Positions 1 to 11,957 of a stretch of DNA of 64,000 bases are shown here, one piece after another (the first letter of the stretch is position 1; each line of letters opens with the position of its first letter). A program made the position numbers and the translations under genes. The notes beneath the pieces are model-generated. The model did no database searches. It saw only the letters and a list, made by a program, of their open reading frames with translations, and was not told where the DNA came from. Source of the stretch: Isurus oxyrinchus (Eukaryota); NCBI GenBank assembly GCA_026770705.1, contig JANJGN010000004.1, forward strand, positions 158,782,001 through 158,846,000, given 5' to 3'.

Positions 1-228
1 TGCTGCCCTACCCTCCAGCCTGGCCCGCCCCACTGCCCTACCGTCCAGCCTGGCCTGCCCTGATAGCCTACCCTCCAGCCTGGCCTGCCCCGCTGCCCTG
101 CCCTCCAGCCTGGCCTGCCCTGCTGCCCTAGCCTCCAGCCTGGCCTGCCCCGATAGCCTACCCTCCAGCCTGGCCTGCCCCGCTGCCCTACCCTCCAGCC
201 TGGCCTGCCCAGTTGGCCTACCCTCCGG
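1..228. repeat. 30-bp GC-rich minisatellite, about 7.5 copies, running off the window edge
   Basis: Unit tgctgccctaccctccagcctggcctgccc repeats with a 30-nt period and minor variants. Confidence 0.95.
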
Positions 229-679
229 ACTTGTGTGACGCACAGTGGCCCTCTGGTGTGGTCCTCTCCTGGCCATGGTGAGCAGCCTTGCAAAAGCTGC
301 CAGGACTTCACTTAAACAGGCCACCAGGTCACCATTGGACCCGGTTGTCTGTGCACGCCCGCTGCCGCCTGCCCACTCCTGCTACCCTCGGGAGTTGAGA
401 AATATGCTGGGCAGGCTTTAATTGGCCTGTCCACATAAAATGGCGGTGTGGACCCGATTGTGGGCAGTGATAGGATCTGCGCCTGCCCGCGCCCACTCCC
501 ATTCGGCCTGCCCAACACGGGGAAAATCCTCTCCATAGAGATATTCGGCCTTTAGCTGCTCCCTCTCTCAAATCCTGGCAGGCTGCCTGTGTCTGTGAGT
601 TACAGGGATAGTTAGAAACTCTTCCCTTCTCAAATGTTATAAACTTTATAATTGTGACAATATTCCAAATACTGTGGGG

Positions 680-1940
680 TTGATACTAACATAGTTCTTG
701 GAAACTATATTTATTCCCTCCTTGAGTTTGCCTCTGAACAGCCTGGCGATTTACACGTTTCTCTTTAAAACTAGATTGCATTCATCAGCTGTGACATACT
801 CAGTGAATGTGTCATTTGTTGACGCAATCTATGTGCTGTTGCATTCACTAAAGATTTCTTACTATAGTTTGGGTAATAATCGGTGTTTTGATTCCTTTGT
901 ATGCCACTTGGTTATGATATATTAGATGCTAATATGTATTTTTCCATGCTATTGTTGATCTGTGTAAGTGTTGGCAGATATTTCTCACTTCTCCCAGTGG
1001 AAAACTAGGTATTGTGTGGGTGCACTCTGTGCTGTGTCGTGTGTCCAGTACCAATTGTTGGGACTTTATGGATTGAATTTTACTGGCCTCTGCATGGCAG
1101 GAACAGAGATGGGAAGTCCAGTAAAATTGCAGGGAGTTGTATTGAGACAGTTCCCCAATGAAGTCCAAGCACCGCGGAAGTTTTCCAGTAGCCGGCTGTG
1201 AGCTGGATCAGCTACCCACCCCATAGTTAAAGGCCCTGGCTCTCTGATAGGACTGGCAAAAATAGCAGCCTGCCTGCCATTCTTAATTGGAGGCAGGCAG
1301 TTAAGAGACTGTAATGAACAAAAGAGCAGGAGTAGGCCATTTAGTCCCTTGAGGCTGCTACGCCATTCAACTAGATCATGGCTGATCGTCTACCTCTATG
1401 CTATTTTCACACACTATTCCCATATCCCTTAATGTTGTTATCTAGAAAATTGTGCAGCAACCTTGGTGCTGGAAAGTGTGGACTCAGGACTCCCATTTCA
1501 TCCCAATATCGGGATCTCAAGGCCTGTGGTAAAATCAAACCCTATGTTTTTACCTTGCACACCACCTATGTGATAGACCTCAATATCACTACATGGATGA
1601 TGTGTTACATATTTTCTCTATTTCCCTATACTATATAATCTATTCTTTCAGTTGTTTCTGATTGTGATCCTATTCTACTATTTATCAATTATTAGAAGCC
1701 TTAGGTTATCCAACATGACAAACACATTCAGAAAAAAGCCGTGCAATCCATCTTACTTTTATCATGTTTCTTGTGTTCATTATATCCTTTGCACCAACAA
1801 ATATTCTTTGACTGATACCATTATTTGCGCATTTACCATGCAGAAAATTACTCCCCTATTTTGCTTACATACTGCCAATATGCATGGGGATTTTGAGCTG
1901 TTCCCTTGACACTCATTATTATACCTCTTCCTTATTAAAG
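680..1940 (+). pseudogene. Decayed proteinase-activated receptor (F2R-like) exon-2 paralog
   Basis: Fragments IFIPS, LPLNSLAI, LKISYY-GNN, TTYVIDLNITT, SIIRSL-SNMTN, FAPTNIL and AYILPICMGILSCSLD are collinear with the intact receptor at 12215-13177. Multiple stops and frameshifts; interrupted by a MITE. Confidence 0.88.
1070..1542. mobile_element. Harbinger-type MITE inserted in the PAR pseudogene, itself carrying a CR1 3' fragment (~1315-1450)
   Basis: Imperfect TIRs ggattgaattttac / gtaaaatcaaaccc with 3-bp TSD tat (1067-1069, 1543-1545). Removing it restores collinearity of the pseudogene. Confidence 0.7.
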
Positions 1941-2821
1941 GAAGAGTTTCAAAATCTATACTGCAGGGAAATCTGATTGCCATTGGATAAAATTGAGATT
2001 GAATGAGGTGGGAAACATTACTCCCTTTGCCGCCAATGAGATTTCCTTACCTTTGCAAAATGTGACATTATTGAATCAATTGGTAACATGAAACAGTCAT
2101 TCTATTTACACTGGTTTGGGTGTTTGTACCTAGATGGTACATTTAAGGTCATCACCAAATAAATAAAGGGAAAGTTGGAATTTTTTTTAAAAAATGCAAA
2201 GAGTTGTTAGAACATTCCTACCAGAAACAATAATGGAAGCAGAATCCCTAAAGGGGAAAGTGGATAAGTATTTTTAAGAACACAAGTTTAAACGAATATG
2301 GAGGAAGGACAGGGAAGTGGCACTAAAAGGTTAACTCCTGCTGAAAAACAGTTGCAGCCATATTGTGTTGGAAAGGCCACTACTGTGTTGTACAATTCTA
2401 TGACTTCACTGTAATTTATAATATGGAAACCAAGTTTCTCTTCATCTAATTACTTCTATAATCAACCAATTTTAACTGCATTGTAATGTTTACATATTTT
2501 AACACTTTCAATGCTTACAAAATATCGAAAAGCAAAATACCACAAATGTTGGAAATCTGAAATAAAACAGAAAATGCTGGAGACCTGCTGAGTATTTCCA
2601 GTATTTCTTTCTGTCTTAAAAAATAAATGTTGTTTTCTCATAACATTTCTATGTTTTTGCTTTCAAATACAACTTGTGTTTTGTTAGTGCTACTTGACTA
2701 TGTGATGATCTCATTTTAAGGCAAACTACAGTTACACCAGTCACATAAGCTAAAATTAACAACATTTTGCAACTGTTTTAACTTTGTCTGGTTACTGCTC
2801 TTTTACCAGAATTGTGACCTT

Positions 2822-3726
2822 TGTCATGAAAATATAATAAGTTTCATCATATTATTGTGATTTATTGTAAAGATAGGTTAATAGTGGGGTTTAGATGAGT
2901 TTCTCTTTGTGAGGTTGTGTGTGTGGGGTTTTTAATTGAATTGGAGACAGCTGGTCTGGAGGTTTTGAGTTATCAAAAGGGAAGCTAGGTTTGAAATGCT
3001 AAATATGTAAACATGGCTGATGTTTTAGAATGTGAGGTGTGAGGAACATTTGCATTTTTAGATAAACCAGAGTCATGAATTTCAAAGAGATGGTAAGGTA
3101 TTACACCTAGCCAACAGAGGCTAAGCCAAACAGTATGTTTATTTTTCCCAAAGATAACTGATAATATGAGTACTATGGAAGATTTATATTATGGAAAACA
3201 TAAAGTTGCAAAGACATATTTGTACAATGGAATTTACATTAAAAAGCGAGAAACCTTATAAAGGAGATGAGTTTCTGTGTAAGGAGAGGGATTCTAAGAT
3301 CTGACAAGTGTGAAAAGCCTCCAGCTTCTATGCACCAAGCTGCTGTCTATAGGAGCCAAGAAAACTCATTGAGAATATCCCTGTCCAGGATATTGTGTGC
3401 TTTGGCTGGGTCTGTTGAAATCTATCTTGTTTTACTTTTTCCTTAACAGGGTGTAATTAGGAGTCAGATTAATTAGAGGAGCTAAGAATTATCATAGTCA
3501 TAATTTGTAGACCTATGTATGTGCTTAAAATCTTTTCTTCTATTAATAAATGTTTAATTTAGTTTTGTTAAAAAAAACCTCTAAGACTTGGTGGACTTAT
3601 TATGACTGAATTCAAGGCATGCATCTCAAAATAAAATACAAATTGCAAAAACACTTGTGGCAGCTGTTTCAAGTTTCCCCCCGGGATTTGAGCCCCTCAG
3701 CATTTACCATCCATTGTGCCATAACA
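2822..3726 (+). mobile_element. Solo LTR, probably Gypsy-type
   Basis: Termini TGTCATG...CATAACA (TG..CA with a short inverted repeat), 4-bp TSD CCTT on both sides, TATA-like ttataaa near 3256, AATAAA near 3545 and 3629. Confidence 0.75.
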
Positions 3727-5554
3727 CCTTATTTAAAACAGGATTATGAAAAATGTGAGCATAGCATCAAAAAAAATTAAACTTAACATCTAATTTCTAA
3801 GTTGGTAAATTTGAAAAGCATGACTGTATAGCCTCCTTTGCTCTGTTTCCTGATTTTTCCATGGTTGGGAAACACAGTGTGATTGGAAATTTTACTCTTA
3901 ATGCTGGCAGATTTGCTGACTAAGGCAGGTGAAGACCTATGATGATGAATTATAGGGGAAACCCAGTTATGTTAGGATTTCCTTGGGGGGTGGGTAGCTG
4001 TTGTTCTTACTTGATTGTAGTCTGATGTCATTAACAGAAGTGGAGCTGGTAGGACTCTATCAGCTGCCAGAATTCTCATTAACTCTGCCTCTGGTAATAC
4101 CCATGTACTATACACCAGCAAGTGTCTTCATCAATGAAAGAGGGGCAATGTAGCCAATGTTATAATGCAGAGAACCATGGCAGCTAATTTGTACACAGCA
4201 AAGTTCCACAAATAAGAGTGAAGGAAATGAACAGATACTGTATTTAGTGATGTTGGTTAAGGGATCATTGTTTGCCTGGATGTGCATTAATGGATAATGT
4301 GGTTGCATAGTTGGCAAGATGGCCAAGATCTGCAAAATTAAAGAGTTAGGTGACATTTTTTTTTACATTGGAAAATATGACATGACACGAGGAAGGCAGT
4401 GGTGACTATGGCAGTCCAGGAGATCATTGCAGCCTCCAGAAATCAGGAAGAAGGGATAAGTGCTGTAGTCACTTATGCAGTAGCAACAGTTATTACTTCC
4501 ATAGAAGGAAGTTTCCCAAAAGACTTTTGACTGTTCAGAAACTAGTGGGCATGGTTTCCAATCAAAACTATGTTGCAGAATATTACTTTGGTGTGATCTT
4601 TCACACTCGCAATTGCCTTAATCCCCTGAGTTGCTATACAGGCCAAAGATTTGTCAACTTCACTGTGGTGTTGAATGTTGGGATGATTTTGGTACGGAAT
4701 TGCAATTAACCACCCCATTTTCATTTGATTGCAGTGAGCACACTTCCAGCAAAATGAATTGGATCATGGCGGAGATCACGATGGACAGTACGATAGAGTC
4801 AAATTTCAATTGCCACAGCGTCTCCACACCACTTATGTTTCCATGAGGGAAATCAGGTGTTTGTCTGATAAAGTTGTAATCAAATCAAACAGTCTTCTGC
4901 TCGATCTACATGTTTGTTACTTTGAGTCCTGTTGATTATCAAGTCATGAGGGAGATAGTGACATGTGTAATCTTAGGAAATGCTGGAAATACTTAGCAGG
5001 TCAAGCAGCATCTGTGACATTAACAGAGTTAATGTTTTGGCCTTCATCAGATTTCCTGCAACTGCAGTATTTTGCTTTACCTTATTCAACTCTACCCTCC
5101 TAAAAGGAGAAGCAAGAAAACATATGTGTCTGTGGATGGAGAAACAAAGAGAATATTTCAGCTCAGAAACTTTATTCACTTCGTTTTTTCTCTCTACAGA
5201 TACTGCCAGACCTCAGGGGCACTTGCAGCATTTTCTGTTTTAAGGGAGGCAGGTGTTTTCTGTTACTAGCTGAGCATTCCCATTCGCACGTTATTAACAC
5301 GTCTAGAGTTAACACTTACAGTGATAGTACCTCCACAGGAGTTGTTAGTATTATACATGTTACAACGTGCTGTACATTGGTGACATTGACCTTGTTAACT
5401 GAGAATAACTGCTAGCAATCCCTCAGAATGACGACAACTTGTCCAACTGGCTCTTCTTGGAATTGGGGAATTAATTCTTAGAACTGTGTCAGCTTGGAGG
5501 CTTATTCGTGCATGAATCTTTCCCTAGGAATATTGCCCGCTTCCTCTTAAACAG

Positions 5555-5860
5555 AACAAAAACAGAATTACCTGAAAAAACTCAGCAGGTCTGGCAGCAT
5601 CAGCTGAGAAGATAAGAGTTGACGCTTCGAGTCATCATGACCCTGAGTCAACATGACTCAGGGTCATGAGGACTCGAAACGTCAACTCTTATCTTCTCCG
5701 CCGATGCTGCCAGACCTGCTGAGTTTTTCCAGGTAATTCTGTTTTTGTTTTGGATTTCCAGCATTCGCAGCTTTTTTTATTTTTATCCTCTTAAACAGAG
5801 TTTTTCCAGGTATTTTTGTTTTTGTTTCGGATTTCCAGCATCCGCAGTTTTTTGCTTTTA
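5555..5860. mobile_element. Penelope-like terminal-repeat fragments forming a 195-bp fold-back plus an extra fragment
   Basis: Arms 5555-5650 and 5654-5749 are reverse complements. The sequence is the recurrent ctggaaaaactcagcaggtctggcagcatc repeat seen throughout the window. Confidence 0.75.
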
Positions 5861-6250
5861 TCTAAATGTTTTCCTCATAAACAGATGCTGCTGTAAATTC
5901 CTTGACGGGGCGTTAACTGGTTATCAATGTTTATTCACTTCACACTGCAGTCCCTAGCCCAAATAACAATTACTCATCTGTGGCAGTTGGTGCTGAGTCT
6001 CGGCAGGACATTAAAGCCACAGAACGTGTCATCACTACCCAGTCTGATCCTGTTCCAAATCCAATGCCCCTTTCTGTAACGCAGGAATGTTGAGGTATCA
6101 TTGGTATTAGCACCACTGTCCCAGCCCAGCTCCCCCGCTAACGCCGGGAATACAGGCAGAAGCTGGGAGCTCCCTGGCTTGTCGTGCTTGTGGTGGGTGG
6201 ACAATGTTAGTAACTTCAATAAAGACAAGTCCATAAGGATAAACATGCTT

Positions 6251-6342
6251 ATAAAAACAATAAAACTGCGGATGCTGGAAATCCAAAACAAAAACAGAAG
6301 TACCTGGAAAAACTCAGCAGGTCTGGCAGCATCGGCGGAGAA
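6251..6342 (-). mobile_element. Short Penelope-like repeat fragment with target-site duplication
   Basis: Same repeat family, flanked by gataaacatgctt at 6238-6250 and 6343-6355. Confidence 0.7.
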
Positions 6343-6859
6343 GATAAACATGCTTCCCCTTTCAGTGAGCTTCATAGAATGAATCTGGCCTCCTGGATGG
6401 AGTCGGGGGATCAGCAGCCCAGCACCCTTCCAAAGGTACTCAGATTCCAGGAATTTCCAGCTTCCCCCTCAGGGACTGACGTGGAGTGGCTCCTTTCAGG
6501 GCGGAAATTCCACTGGATCAAGAAGTGCCGCCGCTTCGTTGCAGTGTCTCTTCTTGTTTGGCCCCTTATAAAGTGACGCACATCAGATGTGACCACCGGT
6601 GTGGTTTTACCAGCGGCACCGTATCAAACAGAGGTGGGGGTTGCTGCAGAGACACAAAGAACTTACTTCATAACAGTTTCTGTAATTCATGGAAATACAA
6701 GGGAATTCCTTAAGGATGTAACGCTGTCTATTCCATACGGACCCAACGTCATAAATTTAACCTGACTCCCCCCCCCCCCCCCATCACAAGTTTAATGGCT
6801 GCAGGATTTATTACACTTTAATTTGAGTTGCTAACTGGCGTGGTGTGCCTGACTGGGAA

Positions 6860-7217
6860 AAGTGGCTTTTGTGGGCGGACTGTGAGGGCGGGCTCTGTTG
6901 TTCCTTTAAATCCTCTCCGGAAATAGCGGAGTTATGAAATCAAAGCCTGCTCGGAGTGAGAAGAGGTAGCGCCAGGAACGGTGCCGGAGGCACTCCGCCC
7001 TCACACACGCACGCACACAGCAAAGAAGCTCGCGGCACCGTGCACCCGAGCCGGGAGAAGCTAAAAAAAAAAAATCCCGTGCATTTCACTTCGCCCTCCT
7101 CATATTGCGGGTTTCCCTGGCGTTTCTCCCTCCAAGGGAGCTGGTTATATCTGACTCGGGCTCAATAACGGACCTAACCTGAGCTGGAGCGGGGATTGTG
7201 GAGTGAGTTCACTCGGA
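6860..7217 (+). promoter_or_regulatory. CpG-rich promoter and 5' UTR of the F2R-like gene
   Basis: High CpG density, GC boxes gggcgg near 6873 and 6886, TATA-like ctttaaat near 6904, directly upstream of the signal-peptide exon. Confidence 0.6.
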
Positions 7218-7284
7218 ATGGCTTGGAAAGTTCAGTTTGTGTTGTGGGTCGCGCTGCTCCCCACGACCTCAGCTCTCAGACACG
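7218..7284 (+). CDS. F2R: PAR1-like receptor coding exon 1 (signal peptide MAWKVQFVLWVALLPTTSALRH-G)
   Basis: ATG at 7218, hydrophobic leader, G|gtaaga donor in phase 1 that joins exon 2 in frame. Matches the two-exon layout of PAR genes. Confidence 0.82.
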
Positions 7285-10200
7285 GTAAGAAATCATTTTA
7301 AATGATGAAAATATAGAAAATATGAAATAAAGAAGTTTTTTTAATGCACATATATAAAACAGATACAATAGAACCAATTGGGGTTAATAGTTTATAGATA
7401 CTAAAACTGAGTTAATTTATACATGGAGTTAATTAATGAACTCCCTGAAAGTTCTGTTGTGTCAGTGTAAAAGTAATCGGACCTGGGGTGTTTCTTATTA
7501 CTTTCTAGTCTTGTTCGGTTTCTAGGATTGAAATCTACGCAGCAGCTAGAAGGGGAATTGAACAAGTGCCCGAGGTGAGGGGGTGTGGAGGCTGACTTGC
7601 TGTCAACTGTCTGCGTACTCTCCCCGTTATTCCTTCTACACATCGACCCTTTTAAACATCCAGGAGGGAGGCTGTGGAGAAGGGGGGAGGAATGGGTAGG
7701 TATGTGCGCAGCCCATGGGTCCACTAATGTCCCTTCGCACAGAGCAGAGCCAAGATTAGACAAGTGTCGGGATTCAGGCTTTCTCACGCTTGTTGTTCAT
7801 CGATCCGCACTAACGCAGTGATGTGCTGGCGAGATTGTACGGCGCTACTTCAAATAGATTCAGCACTTTTGAAGGTTATTGGCCCGCAAACTGATTCGTA
7901 AGTAGGCAACTGTTTTTTTTCTATGTGTGAAGACATCATCCCATCGTCTGTGCGTATATTTGGTTCACTACACCCCAGATAAGCTATTCACCGTGGGGCG
8001 CTTTGAGGCTGCTTTATAAACCTGACTAAAATCCGCCTGGATACTACCCTACAACAACCACAAGGACAAGTCCCCGCCACTGTGCTTCTAGATTATGAGA
8101 GCTAATCCGTAAATACCACACACACCCCTGCACTCCCCGCCCCCTTCCTTGGACGAAGGCACGAAGTACCTAAATAATTCGACATAAAAAGAAAACCTTG
8201 CAAATACTCCACGTTTGCCTGAAAGAAACTTCGTCATTGTATGAGAAAGGAACTCAGTTCCAGACTGCTCTGTTATGAAACTTCGAACAATCTCTTCCTT
8301 TACTCTAGAACTTTTTACTTTGAACATAGAAGGAACATAGCATGTCTGTGACTTCTTATTTCCGCGAACCTGTGTTTCTTCGCACACTGTCTACGTCCTG
8401 TTGATAAAAGCTGGCGTCATCAACTGGGTGTGACAAACTATGGATGGAATAATGTGTTGAGGTGTGACTAATGCATTATCGATAAAGAACGATTAGAATA
8501 TTTTCGAAGACTTTACAGATACTCTAAGAGATACTGCATATTGTCCCCAGTGTTCCTGCCTCCTATGTTTCATGATCAGAACACAGATATGACCAGAGGA
8601 TTGCTGCCATGCAGTTCCTGGAATTATACTAAGCAGCGAGATTTCTGGAGAAAACAACACAGGTTGTTTACTTTGTCTCCAAGTCTCATGGCCATTTTGT
8701 TCCGGCTGTTTTATCTTAAGGCCCAGGGTGGAGGAATGGAAACTCAAGGATTAAAGCGAAAAGATTAAAGTTTAGAGGGGGAGGGAGAGAGATTAAGAGA
8801 AGCAAAGAAGGGAAGAAAGGAAAAGAGCAAAGAAACAGAAACACAAAGGAAAACCATCAGTAAAGAAGTGCAATACGCAATGAGAAGCTGGGAGAGAGAT
8901 GAGAAACAGTTGACAGTCAGCAGCGAGTTATGAATGCTGCAGAATAACACATGGAAACCGTGTCTGGTGGACACATGGTAGGGAAAGTTTTCTTGAGGCA
9001 GCTCCACTTACAGGAAAAAAGACACAAGAAAACCGAATGAAAATTAAAGCAAAGTGGCAGACTGCAGAACAGAATTAACTGAAAGATTTTCATTCAGCTC
9101 ATTTCATTAGTGACCGGTGTAAATGTGGCGGGACTTGTTTGATGTAAAAAAAAATCCTTGACTGTTTTTCCGCTTTTGTTTTCATTTTCAAATTATTTTC
9201 CTCCAATATTGCTTTTGGAAGTTGGTTTCCTAAAAAAAAACATCTGTTGGATCAACTGGCTCGAGTTGCTTTTTTTGCATGTTGTGGGAGTGCATACTAG
9301 ACATTCTACATGGCTTGGCAATCAGAATTGGACGTGAAATTCTACAGGCTTATACTTAATCAGTGTTCATTTTCTTTTTAGCTGAACAAGCTAAATTCCT
9401 GCAGTATCTTCCAAGTTTTATGGGAGACTTCTGGCATTTAGGGGTAGATTTTGCGCTTTGGACACAGTTGGACAATTGCGCTCATTCCGCGCTTGAAATT
9501 GCGTTGGTTGGGTAGTTTTTACGAAAACTTAATTGCATGACCTTAAACATCAAAATCATCTATGAATTAGTTTAATCAGGCAGTGCAATAGAAAACAATT
9601 CTTTTTTTTTCTCTTTTCCACTTGGAAAGTATTCCTGATGTATTTAAAAGCGGTAACGGTGCAATTTTATTAATACAGCTGAAAATAGGTTAATCATCAA
9701 AATGAGCGTTTTTAATAAGGGTGTGGAATCCTTCACTGTTAAGATACCCGTTTTAAGAGCACTGAACATGACTTTAAAACTATAGAGCCAGTTAATAGTT
9801 CCATTGATATACAAAGCTCCATTTATTCATAATTTGATTTGAAAATCTTTTTGAAGTGTACCTACTAGTGCCTGTGCGCTCGGAAAATGTACACAATTTA
9901 GAGAGCTTTTCAGAACCAATGGTATCGGCAAAATATCACCATTTTGACCTGATGCATGGCGAGTTTTGTGTGGATTGAATCTTGAACAAGCCTATAAGAT
10001 TCTAGAAAGCACGCGTGTGAATTTTGGAGGTAACTCAGCTACGCTTTAAATTCCACGATCCTTTGTGCTAGTTTAATTAATTCTGCCCTATATTACAGTG
10101 GAAGCTGGCTGCAAAACTAACAGAAACAAGCGGAACACTCCTCTTGAATTTTTAATTTTGCCTCTGTGGTATTTTTGTATCCAATTATTTTACAGCTGTT

Positions 10201-11957
10201 ATATTCATTGTGGGTAAGATTATTTCTTTAATTTCATAATGTGGCTTTGGTATTTTATGAACATATATAAGAACTATAATTCGAGTGGAGAGTGCGTGTT
10301 GATTAATTTCTGGGCAAGGGTAATTGATGTAATGTGTCCCGAACTTGGCTTGAGAAATGCCTCTCTGTAAATCAGAAATGCTATGACGTCCATTGGATAC
10401 TTAGTTGTTTCTTGCAAATGGGTTTAGTTATGTGTGCGCAAGTCTTGCTGTGCATGTTAGTGTGAAAACGCCCACTGGCCAGCACAAATGTAATCAAAAC
10501 AACAGACTTGGCAAGGATGTATTCTGTCGCTGCATTTATCCTCACAGTGGTTTCTCAGGCCACAGAGACAAGCAAAAGTATTGTTCTCGACTGAGAACAG
10601 GTTGGCAAAGCAGACAGGCGATCATCCTAGGTTGCTTCAGCGCATAAATAGATTTGGGAGACAATTCCTCGAAGAGAATGCAATTAGCAATTCTGCTTAT
10701 AATGTTTACACAAAATACATTTTGGTAGACTTACCCAAAGCTTAGGTCTCAAGCATCATAAATATATGTCACAGAAACAGTAAGATCGCTGCTACTGGAA
10801 AAAGTGAATGTTAAATTGCAGTTATCTCTTATGAAACAAATACTTTTGCCAGATTAAAATGATCAATTTTGAAATCAAATGTTAAGTTTAACTTTCAGTT
10901 CAATACAATCAGAATGCAATGTTTTACCAGACATTTGTTCCCCATTAAACTTTATAAATAACGTATTTCAGTCGTCTGTAAGTAGTTGAAACATTTGAAG
11001 GCTGTACAGTATTAAATGCCATTTATGTACTGTTGTGTGATTTGAATCTGGCCTCTGTGACTACCAGACCAACATATTGCTTATTAACTAAATAATGAAG
11101 TTAACCAAGTGTCACAACGAGTGTTTCAGCTAAGAGTAATATTGGATGAAAATTTCTTGGCTGATAAGTATTTTGGGTCTCACCCAACAATGCACTTGGA
11201 ACTCCAAGATGAGGTGAGAACATTACCAAAATTAATTGCTCTTCACTGCAGCCCCTTTAAAATAAGAATCCAAGGATGATCTGCAACAAGATGATTGCTC
11301 CCAAAGAAGAAAATAATCAAAAGCAAGTAATAGTTGGATTTGGTATACGTGGCAAAGGGAGAAGGATGGGATAACTGATCTTGCACTACAGAAATATTAT
11401 AAAGAATTGACAAGCTCAAAAAGTCAAGGGATTTTATTCATTGCAATTATATTGGTGATTGCATATTTAATATTATACTTCAGACATTAGTACAAACCAC
11501 CCTGAAATCATACAATCTTAGATTTTTATAAAACAGAGGAAGACATTAAGCACTATTTATTTTGTTCCAACCCCTGTATCACTGGGGAAAAGAAAACTTC
11601 AAATTGTTCCCTCTTAGAAGTTATTGCAGATTCTCATAACCACCACTGTTATGGGTAGGAGTATTCCATGTCCTAACAATCTTTTATGCGAGGAAATCCC
11701 TCCAACCTTTCCAAACTGATTGGTGATAATCTCCAATGGTAGACTGTAAATAAAGTATAGTGGTCCAATATAATACTGTTTCTGATGTTCTGTGTTGCTT
11801 ATGGCTGCTGCCCTGCTCTAGAAAAGTATGTGTCCAAAACATAATGCTTTCATTGGCTCCCAAAAATGACATTACACAGAATCTAACATAAAAATAATGT
11901 CTTCACTGTTGATTAATTGGAAACATTAATTTCAGCCTTTTGATTGTTATTTTTCAG

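Noticed and set aside
5974-6382. Recurring peptide KNSAGLAAS / DAARPAEFFQV in many short ORFs
   Set aside because: It is a translation of the non-coding Penelope terminal repeat, not a protein domain.
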